Positions 26,009 through 34,350 of a DNA stretch of 61,742 nucleotides are shown one piece after another. Position numbers and translations under genes: made by a program. The stretch's first letter is position 1. The number at the start of each line of letters is the position of its first letter. The DNA is from Methanobacteriota archaeon (GTDB lineage Archaea; Thermoplasmatota; Poseidoniia; Poseidoniales; Poseidoniaceae): contig JABIGM010000027.1 in NCBI GenBank assembly GCA_018650165.1, positions 1-61,742 on the forward strand, written 5' to 3'. A model generated the notes under the pieces. It was not told where the DNA came from. It did not search any database and was given only the letters and a program-made list of their open reading frames with translations.

Positions 26009-28174
26009 TCACGCCTGAGTGATTCGCTCAATCAGGTCTGCCTTGGTCCCGCTAGAATCCAAATCCATGGATTTCGCTAAGTCTACCAGTTCAGCCTTCT
26101 TCATCTTCTTGAGGTTTGATTTTGAAGGTGCTTCTGTTGTATCTTCCGCCACTTCTTCTGCTTCATCCACTTCTTCTGCTTCAGCCTCTTCGACTACTTC
26201 ATCTTCGTAAGGAATGAATTCGATTCCGAGTTTATTACGAATGTTTAGTAGAGCGATGTCTAATTCTGGTAAGTTGATTTTTCCATCTGAGTTAATGTCC
26301 ATGACGCCTACTATCTTCTCGATGTCCCAAGGTGGTAAATCTGCGATGTCTGCCACGCTTAGTGCGTTGGAGAATTCGAACAAATCTATTTCTCCTGAAT
26401 CATCAACATCGGCCCAAGCAAAGAATTGTGCAGTAGTTGTTCCGCGACCGCATAGCCACTTTGTTAGAGTCACTAGATCTTCATCGAAATTCATTGGGAA
26501 CTCATCTACCTCATCATTGTGTAGTACTGAAGAAACGGTGATTACGGTTGAACCTCCAACTGCATCTTCCTCGGATTTTCCAATTACAAGAGTTGTATCA
26601 ACTCCGACCCCTCGGCCAAATAATTCACGTATTGAGGTAGTTCCCTCAACCATGTTGTAAACTGAAATATCGCTTGCATTACCAGTACTTGCTGCCTGAA
26701 CGTTTCCAAACAGTAAGGTCTTGACAACACAGTTTCCTGCAATAATAAATCCAATTACAACGCCATAGAAAGCGAATGCTCCTGTCAATGCGAATCCTGA
26801 AAGTCCAGTAGATGTATCTTCAACTCCTGCTTCGACCAGCGCATTTTCAGACCAATCGCTCATCAAGAATAGTACTGTAGAGAGAAGGCCTCCTGCGATG
26901 AGTAGCCATGATGCTGCACCAGCAGAACCGGTTAGTGATTTACCGGCCACTAATGGGTACGAGTGGAATAATGCAGCAAGGGCAAACAATCCTCCAATGA
27001 CATATAGGAAGGAACTGTTTACTGTTTCTGCCGCATTTGCCATACTTCCATCTCCAACCATTACATTGAGTCCAGTAAAGTATCCAAGAAGGGCAAATAA
27101 TGGCAGTAAGAGTGCTCCTGCTGCTGCCGCTGTTGCTCCAGGGCTGTCAATAACAGCTCCTGCATTTCCACGAATCGTGGCGACCATATTGGTCGCAGCT
27201 GCAAATACTGGAAATAGCCCGAGTGTAACTAAAATTGCACCAATCGATTGTGTAAAGGAATCTGCATGACTAGATTCTGCCAAAAAGAACGGTGGGATGG
27301 TGATGAACAGCAAGAACATTGAACCTTTGGTGAGGCTACCTGACCAGATTGGTTGGCCTGTCACATGTGATAGTACATGGTATCCTACTGCAAACATCAG
27401 TGCAAGTGGAACCCACCCGGAGGCCATTATATCTGCCACCCAAACGGTTCCTGTCCACCCAAGCAGTTCGCCAAACGCAGTACCGACTCTGCTGAATAGA
27501 AGTGCCAACAAACCGAGTAGCATGAACCACGAAGGTACTGAAACTGGTGATCTACCACGGTTACCGAGAGTGATGAGTGAATTAACGAGAAGGCTCATGA
27601 CAAGCAGGGCTGAGACTAATCCATACAGTGCCATTTGAGTTGCACCGTAGGTAATCCAATCCCAGTGGTCAAGAGTGCATAATACTAGACCAAGAAGTGC
27701 TTGCGCTGTCCATGCCATAGCAATCATTGACGCATTTGCTTCACTTGCTAGAGGAGAGCCTGTAGTTCGTGAATGTGCAACTAATGCTCCACCAAGAAGT
27801 ATGGCAAATATTGCTGTTGTCATTGCAACCTCATTGAAGTAAGCAAGTGCACTGCCATCGTCATAGCCCCATCCAATGTTTGAAAGCGAATCTAGGCCAC
27901 TTGGATCATAATTATGCCAAGCAGATAAAAATCCACCTATTCCTGCAAGAACGAGCCAAAAGACACCGGTTTGCATCCAAGTTTTTGCTCCGCTTCCTTC
28001 TTTTTCCTGGAACATATCGGTTGCAGGGCCTGCGGCTTTTGTTAGAAGGAACATGCCGAATTGACGAAGTGGTGCACTCATTCCTCCCAATCCCTTTTGG
28101 ATATAGTGAGTGAATAGTAGGAATGTAGTTAGTAAAATTATTGCAGTTGTGAATGCTTCTGACATAATTGACAC
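26009..28174 (-). CDS. Multi-TM protein resembling heme-copper oxidase subunit I (CcoN) but lacking the His ligands, fused to two EF-hands and a SAP/HeH-like C-terminus
   Basis: About 13 hydrophobic helices with colinear resemblance to CcoN (see findings). EF loops [12 protein letters not shown] and [12 protein letters not shown]. Tail [31 protein letters not shown]. Confidence 0.68.
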   Translation of the reverse strand: [721 protein letters not shown]

Positions 28175-28178
28175 CTCC

Positions 28179-28451
28179 TTAGTCCGATAGGACTCCTCCG
28201 ATTAAATTGGCAACTATCATTCCGCAACCAACTGCGATTCCAATTAAGTAATACCAAATTCCTGAGCCACCAAGATTTTCCATCAAGGGAACAATCTCTC
28301 CGATTACAGGCATATTATCCCATCCAAAGATGTTGCTGAACATTGCGATTAGGCCGACTAAACCCACGGACATGATTACGATAATTACTCGAGAAGCAGG
28401 TGGTTCTGCGGTCCCTTCAGATACGTCTGGTAAGATGGTGTTGTTGGTCAT
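28179..28451 (-). CDS. Small 2-TM membrane protein
   Basis: Two hydrophobic segments and its own GGTGA SD. Its stop codon is embedded in the AAGGAGGTG SD of the next gene. Confidence 0.62.
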   Translation of the reverse strand: MTNNTILPDVSEGTAEPPASRVIIVIMSVGLVGLIAMFSNIFGWDNMPVIGEIVPLMENLGGSGIWYYLIGIAVGCGMIVANLIGGVLSD

Positions 28452-28524
28452 GATATCACCTTGACCCCGTAGGGGTCATTTACGCCACCTGTGGTTTGGC
28501 CATAAACATTGACCATAAAGAGTG

Positions 28525-29691
28525 TCATGGGGAGCGTAGATGCAACAGTGCATTGCCTCTACGATTTTTACCAGAACCGAGAGGTATCGGCATGCTCCTA
28601 TCGAGTTCGATTTCGTTCCGCCAGACGCTTTTACAAGCGCATTCCAAGCCATCTAATTCGTGAATATCCCCACTTACAGAATAACGTTCGATGGCAGCAA
28701 CAACTTCGCTATCACAAGAACCGCAATTGTGCGCACCTCTGACTTTTCCTCCTGCGGTTGGGTGAATGATTAGTCGACTAACTTGGTCGTCTGCTCCATT
28801 GCCTGAATTGGAGGGATGGATGTCATTGTGAACATCATGGATTAATTGTATGAGTGACCAAAGCCAAGGTGGGCGGTATTCATTGGCCCTGAACAGCCGA
28901 TCTATCACTGTACCTCTTTGGATATTCATTGGATTTACGCTAATTTCATCACTGCGTGTAGCAACATCTCGTATCCATTTTGCACCATGTGCTAAGGCGT
29001 CTCCCTCACTCATGAATGGCGGTTTGAACATCAAATACGTCTTGACTCTCAGGCCGAAATGTGAAAGATTCTCAACTGCTTTATCCCAACTTTTGATACT
29101 GAACCCTTTATTGACATGGAAACGTAAAACTTCATCGTCATAAGCTTCAAGCCCGATTGCAACTGAAAATTTAGGATTGATACCAGTAGCCCATTCCAAC
29201 TTTTCTTTAGTCAGTTGTTCTGTCCTACTTTCTACAACTAATTCCTTGCCCATCTCATGACAATCTCGTAATACCCTCTCTTGGAAATCAACAGGTATCT
29301 CTCTATCCTCTAACAGACTTCCGGAAGTGTAAACTTTGACCATTCCCATAGATTCAAAGTCATCAAATCTAGCAAGAGACTTTTCCCATTGTGAATGAAG
29401 GTCTTCGCTTGTAACATCATCCCTAGTGTCATTAAAATAGCCACAGAATGTACAACCACTCGACCACCACCAATGACAACCCTTTGTCCTTAGAATAACT
29501 GTAAGTGCCGTGGTTGGAGTTCCATCTGCAAGAGTTTCTGGCGTGTAATATACTGTTGCAGGATCTTTTGCATCCCATGAGTTCTTTCGCTCTTGAGCCC
29601 AAGACGTATTTGCAGGTGCTTTGACTAAATCATGAATACGAGCGGGGCGTTTGTCAGCCTCTCCTACCATGGTCAATTTTCCATTCGCCAT
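28525..29691 (-). CDS. Archaeosine biosynthesis radical SAM protein RaSEA (TIGR01210-like)
   Basis: LTVILRTKGCHWWWSSGCTFCGY, KVYTSGS, VESR, IGLE, KTYLMFKPPF, YRPPWLWS and RGAHNCGSCD. Confidence 0.9.
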   Translation of the reverse strand: MANGKLTMVGEADKRPARIHDLVKAPANTSWAQERKNSWDAKDPATVYYTPETLADGTPTTALTVILRTKGCHWWWSSGCTFCGYFNDTRDDVTSEDLHSQWEKSLARFDDFESMGMVKVYTSGSLLEDREIPVDFQERVLRDCHEMGKELVVESRTEQLTKEKLEWATGINPKFSVAIGLEAYDDEVLRFHVNKGFSIKSWDKAVENLSHFGLRVKTYLMFKPPFMSEGDALAHGAKWIRDVATRSDEISVNPMNIQRGTVIDRLFRANEYRPPWLWSLIQLIHDVHNDIHPSNSGNGADDQVSRLIIHPTAGGKVRGAHNCGSCDSEVVAAIERYSVSGDIHELDGLECACKSVWRNEIELDRSMPIPLGSGKNRRGNALLHLRSP

Positions 29692-29727
29692 AGCAATCCG
29701 TCCTGCTTCGCGTGTTTGAATGCTCGC

Positions 29728-30783
29728 TCACGTCAGAGATTCGGTAAAAAATCCTACAAGACGTGTTTCATATTCATCTGTATGAGTTAACATCAATGAA
29801 ACATGTTCATCACTACTCATTCCTTTTCCTACATCGTATCTTATGACTGAATCCTCAAACCAACATTCTACATTTCCTTCAAGTCCGTTCTCCATTGCTA
29901 CTTCACACATTTCTTCACCGTGATGTAATCGAACTCTTTTGTCCTGGTTACCATGAACTACATACATGTGCCTGTCACCGATTTCCGATGCTGCTTCAAG
30001 TGGATAATATTCGACTAAGTTTTGTCCAGCTGAAATTTTACCTGCAAATATTCCAGCAGATCCTAGGAAGGTTGGAAGGCCTTGGAATTCTAACTCTTCG
30101 ATCACAATATCCTCCATATCAGCATAACCAGAATCCAGCCAAACGGCTTGCATTCTATCATCTAAAGAAAAAGCGATAGCTGATGTGCCGGCCCCCATTG
30201 AAGTTCCAAATAATCCAATTTTATCCGCATCTGCTCCTTGTTCTTCAATCAACCAATCAAAAACTGCTACAACATCTTGCCATTCATCTTGACCACCGGA
30301 TACTCGATTATCATCTATCGAAGATTGGCCATGGTCTCTCAAATCATAGACTATTACATTGAATCCTGCATTGAGTAACATACCTGATGTAATCAATAAT
30401 TCTCCACCAGATTTACATCCCCTAATTCCATGAGTGAAAATTATCCATGGCATTGAATCGCTTTGATTGTAGTACCATGCTGATAAAAAGAGGTCTTCGC
30501 CAACAACCTCGATGGTTGCATTCTGATAGCCTGGCCACCAATATTGCGATAGCCCTTCCATTATGTTAGAAGTAATATTTTCGCTATTATTAGATTCATT
30601 GAGAGGGACTTCGCTCCTTAAGGGGGCAAATTGTATTGGCGTATTCTGGTCAAAATTACCCCAACAATCAGTATTGGTATGAGCAACTGTGTCATACACT
30701 TCCTTTCCAGCGAGATAGTATCCTGTTGGCATCAAGATTATCAGCATCAGAAGAATTGGAATTATTTCTTTCTTGAACCCCAT
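29728..30783 (-). CDS. Membrane-anchored/secreted alpha/beta hydrolase
   Basis: N-terminal hydrophobic helix, HG oxyanion motif, DLRDHGQS, nucleophile GTSMG, HGNQD and a C-terminal His (DEHV). Confidence 0.85.
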   Translation of the reverse strand: MGFKKEIIPILLMLIILMPTGYYLAGKEVYDTVAHTNTDCWGNFDQNTPIQFAPLRSEVPLNESNNSENITSNIMEGLSQYWWPGYQNATIEVVGEDLFLSAWYYNQSDSMPWIIFTHGIRGCKSGGELLITSGMLLNAGFNVIVYDLRDHGQSSIDDNRVSGGQDEWQDVVAVFDWLIEEQGADADKIGLFGTSMGAGTSAIAFSLDDRMQAVWLDSGYADMEDIVIEELEFQGLPTFLGSAGIFAGKISAGQNLVEYYPLEAASEIGDRHMYVVHGNQDKRVRLHHGEEMCEVAMENGLEGNVECWFEDSVIRYDVGKGMSSDEHVSLMLTHTDEYETRLVGFFTESLT

Positions 30784-30785
30784 GA

Positions 30786-31622
30786 TTACAACTCCTTGTA
30801 AAGAATTGTCGAGCCGGCTTTGACAAACTCGCCCTTAGGGTGTGCTTTATCGCCGTCTTCCGCACTGATAACACAGGGTTTGAATCGATTAGCAGGAACT
30901 CTGACATCGACTCGGCTGCCAAGTCTAATCATTCCAAACCTCTCACCTCGGCGTAATGTGTCACCCTCGCTTGTCCATGGGATAATGGTCCTTGCTAGAG
31001 CACCTGAAATTTGCATAACTTCAACGATTAATCCGTCTTCTCTTTCGAATAGAGTCCTAACTCTTTCATTGTATTCGCTTTCTTTTTTGAATGCGGGTAA
31101 AAACGGCCCTCGGCGTTTTCCTTTTCCAGTTCGATGTTCCATTCTGGTTATTTTACCTGCAATTGGAGAACGGTTTACATGAACATCCAAGGGTGACATG
31201 AAGACCGCAATACGCCAGACGTCGGTATCGCTTTCCTCCCCCTTAGGGACTGCTTCGAATCTTTGTTCAGTTGAAAATGCAAGTATGTTTTCACAGGCTT
31301 CTGGGTGCCAAGAACCTGTCAGTTCATCTTCTTCGGCGTCTTTCATTTGTTCTTTGGAAGGTCTGCGGCCAGTTGCGCGTTCTCGCTTCGCAAACATAAC
31401 ATGACCATCTGCCGGTGATACGATAATTCCTTCATCACGAGGAATTGGACGGTCTGGGTCTCTCCAAAAATTGGCAAAGAACGCTGCCAACATTAACATG
31501 AAAATTCCCAATCCTGGCGCAATACCAAAGAGTGGGTCTACCCAGCCTACTAAAATAAATCCAATTCCCATTAAGGTTGGAGTAATTACAGGCAGAAATC
31601 CGCCTCTGGCCAAGAGAGCCAA
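30786..31622 (-). CDS. psd: Phosphatidylserine/archaetidylserine decarboxylase proenzyme
   Basis: FWRDPDR, IVSPADG, IAVFMSPLDVHVNRSP, NER, QISGALAR and FGMIRLGSRVD. TTG start 6 nt after a GAGGTGA SD. Confidence 0.88.
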   Translation of the reverse strand: MALLARGGFLPVITPTLMGIGFILVGWVDPLFGIAPGLGIFMLMLAAFFANFWRDPDRPIPRDEGIIVSPADGHVMFAKRERATGRRPSKEQMKDAEEDELTGSWHPEACENILAFSTEQRFEAVPKGEESDTDVWRIAVFMSPLDVHVNRSPIAGKITRMEHRTGKGKRRGPFLPAFKKESEYNERVRTLFEREDGLIVEVMQISGALARTIIPWTSEGDTLRRGERFGMIRLGSRVDVRVPANRFKPCVISAEDGDKAHPKGEFVKAGSTILYKEL

Positions 31623-31633
31623 GATGGCTCACC

Positions 31634-32578
31634 TCACTGGTTTTCCTCAGAGCCTCCAGATGTTCTCCAGGTTACTTCTGGCCCATCTGTTGATTCCTCG
31701 GTTGCTGGTTCTTCTTCAGCAGGTGGTTCTTCTGCTGGTGAATCTTTTGCGGCGAAATCTGCTGCTGCTGCACCTAATTCAGAGCCCTTCAGATAGCGGT
31801 TGCCATCCATGTCATAGGACTTTGCAAATTCGATGAAGCCTTCACGGTCAGTAATTCCGTTCTTATCCATAACTCCAGTAAGTACGGATTCAGACCAATT
31901 CCAATCATCTTCATCATCAGTACTATCTTCAGAAGCGGCTGCTTCAAGAGCAGGAGTGCTGTCAGATGCGGTTGCATCAATATCTGTTGCTTCATCAAGT
32001 GTCATTTCCGCAGCACGTGCTTCGACCATTTCGTCCATTCTTTCAGTGATTGCACGGCCCATGTGTTGAGATTGGCGTTCTGCTTCAGCAGCTGCTTCAA
32101 TCATTTCATATCGGCGCTTGATAGCCTTGTTCAAGTCTTCGAATAGTGACATATGTGACATATACCACTCGTCACGTGTTTGTAGTTCGACAACTGCTAA
32201 GCGGAGGTCGTTATCCAATTCTTCTGCGATAGAGAATACCTTTCCTAGGCGATCCTTTTCACGAGCGAATTTCTCTTCCATCTTTTGTAATTCCGGCTCG
32301 AGGTGTTCGACTTGCTTACCGGTCTTGCTGGCCTTTAATTCAAGATCTCGAATTCGCGCATCCTTTTCGGTAAGTAGTGCCTCTAGGCTCTCTTTTTCGA
32401 TTTCACGCTCGACGATTTCTTTCTCGAGAACCTCAACTTCAGCTTTAGTATCTAGGAGTTCTTTTTCCTGGACCTCATACGCTGCATATAATTTGAGAAG
32501 ACGTTCGGTTTCTTCCGCTAGGTCTTCTGTGAGTTTCTTGATTTGGGTCTCTGGAGTGATGGTTCCGGTTTCGGACAT
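31634..32578 (-). CDS. Acidic coiled-coil protein with a C-terminal EF-hand-like loop
   Basis: About 190 aa of Glu/Lys/Leu heptad-like sequence, acidic linkers and DMDGNRYLKGSE. AGGTGAG SD upstream. Confidence 0.7.
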   Translation of the reverse strand: MSETGTITPETQIKKLTEDLAEETERLLKLYAAYEVQEKELLDTKAEVEVLEKEIVEREIEKESLEALLTEKDARIRDLELKASKTGKQVEHLEPELQKMEEKFAREKDRLGKVFSIAEELDNDLRLAVVELQTRDEWYMSHMSLFEDLNKAIKRRYEMIEAAAEAERQSQHMGRAITERMDEMVEARAAEMTLDEATDIDATASDSTPALEAAASEDSTDDEDDWNWSESVLTGVMDKNGITDREGFIEFAKSYDMDGNRYLKGSELGAAAADFAAKDSPAEEPPAEEEPATEESTDGPEVTWRTSGGSEENQ

Positions 32579-32676
32579 TTATCTCACCTAAGGCTATGCC
32601 TTCCTATCTACCGACATTGGCCCTACATATCAAGCCGACGCTTGAACAGGTCGAGACTGGTACTATCTTCTAGCAA

Positions 32677-33651
32677 TTAGATTGCATCGGTAGCAATAAC
32701 CAATTCTCTAGCAATACTGACTTCTCCCATGGAATGACCAGCATCTGGAACTATCACTAAATTGCTCTTTGGTAATGCTTTATGTAATTCCCAAGCGCTT
32801 TTTGCTGGACATACAACGTCATATCTTCCTTGAACGATTACCGTTGGGATATTTTCAACCTTAGATGAATTATTGAGAATATATGATTCCTCCACGAAAA
32901 TTGCATTGATGAAATAATGGCATTCTATCCTTGCAAAGGCTACAGCGAAATCTAAATCTTCGGCTTTATCAAGATACTCCGGGTCGGGAAATAGGCGACT
33001 AGTTGCCATTTCCCAACGAGTCCATTCTCTAGCTGCCGCTCTACGAATTTCTACATCATCATCTGTCAATCGAGAATAATATGCTTCTATCAAATCATGC
33101 TGTTCTGCCACAGGAATATGGTCGCGATATGAATCGAATGCATCGGGAAAAATATGGCTAGCGCCATCTTGGTAGAACCAATGAAGTTCACTCTTCCTGC
33201 ACATAAAAATTCCACGCAGAACCAAACTCTGAGCTCTTTCGGGATGGTTTTGAGCGTATATTAAAGCCAAAGTAGAACCCCATGAGCCACCGAATACATG
33301 CCACTTTTCAATTGCAAAATGTTGTCTTAGCATTTCCAAATCTGAGACCGAGGCATGTGTATTGTTATCCTCTAATTCGGCGTATGGTGTAGATTGCCCA
33401 CAACCACGCTGATCGAATTGTATAATGTCAAATTTACTTGGGTCAAAATATCGTCGATATGAGGGGTGGCTACCGCCGCCTGGTCCGCCGTGGATTACGA
33501 TAACAGGGATTCCATCAGGGTTGCCAGCCCGCTCCCATGCAATTGTATGTAATTCCGTGACTTTGAGAAAGCCAGTAGTATGTGCTTCGATTTCAGGGTA
33601 AAGTACCTCGTCGATGCTTTGTGAAGTTAGTTGCATAATTCGTGCACCCAT
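32677..33651 (-). CDS. pip: Prolyl aminopeptidase (proline iminopeptidase)
   Basis: HGGPGGG, FDQRGCGQS, FGGSWGSTL, LRGIF, QGRYDVVCP and AGHS. Confidence 0.95.
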   Translation of the reverse strand: MGARIMQLTSQSIDEVLYPEIEAHTTGFLKVTELHTIAWERAGNPDGIPVIVIHGGPGGGSHPSYRRYFDPSKFDIIQFDQRGCGQSTPYAELEDNNTHASVSDLEMLRQHFAIEKWHVFGGSWGSTLALIYAQNHPERAQSLVLRGIFMCRKSELHWFYQDGASHIFPDAFDSYRDHIPVAEQHDLIEAYYSRLTDDDVEIRRAAAREWTRWEMATSRLFPDPEYLDKAEDLDFAVAFARIECHYFINAIFVEESYILNNSSKVENIPTVIVQGRYDVVCPAKSAWELHKALPKSNLVIVPDAGHSMGEVSIARELVIATDAI

Positions 33652-33714
33652 TCCTAGAACATGTTCCTTTCGATAGACACACGGTTTATTGACGGAGTTG
33701 GCTTCGACCGGTTT

Positions 33715-34350
33715 ATGAATCTACAATCCGCAACTGATGTGTTCTCACAGTGGGCACTAATTGGAAAGGATGAGGGGATGGAGCGTGGCCATGCACCATC
33801 GGTAAAAGCAATGCTAGAACTGGCTTTGCCGCAAGTAAAAAACGATTTTTCTGCAATTGATTTAGGGTGTGGTAATGGATGGGTCACTCGAATGTTATCT
33901 GAACTTGGAGCTTCACACAGCGAAGGTGTAGATGGGGCTTTAGAGATGATAAGCAAAGCAAAGGACATTGATTCGGCTAATCTTTATTCACATGGATTAC
34001 TTCCTGAATGGAAGCCAAACAGAAGGTTCGATTTAGTTCATACAATGGAATTTCTTTACTACCTTGAAGACCCTGTGAAAATGATTTCAATAATTCATGA
34101 CCAATGGCTTGAATCGGGCGGAATACTGGTTGCTGGAGTTGACCATTATCTCGAGCATGAAGAGTCTCTAACTTGGCCAGAACATGTCGGTGTTCACATG
34201 ACAACTATGTCGATTGCTCAATGGACTGATGCTATGGAGAAAGCAGGATTTACCAATATCGAAATTCACCAAGTTGCCGCTAAGGATGATTTTCCTGGGA
34301 CGTTGGTCGTGCTGGGCCGGTCTTCTCGGGTTCAGGACCACACAGTTTGA
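33715..34350 (+). CDS. Class I SAM-dependent methyltransferase
   Basis: Motif I AIDLGCGNGW, GVDGALEMI and FDLVHTMEFLYY. ATG 33715 is preferred, with TTTATTGA 23-30 nt upstream. Confidence 0.85.
   Translation: MNLQSATDVFSQWALIGKDEGMERGHAPSVKAMLELALPQVKNDFSAIDLGCGNGWVTRMLSELGASHSEGVDGALEMISKAKDIDSANLYSHGLLPEWKPNRRFDLVHTMEFLYYLEDPVKMISIIHDQWLESGGILVAGVDHYLEHEESLTWPEHVGVHMTTMSIAQWTDAMEKAGFTNIEIHQVAAKDDFPGTLVVLGRSSRVQDHTV

Noticed and set aside
26009-28174. Functional cbb3-type cytochrome c oxidase
   Set aside because: None of the six metal-ligand histidines is present and no cytochrome c (CxxCH) subunit is adjacent.
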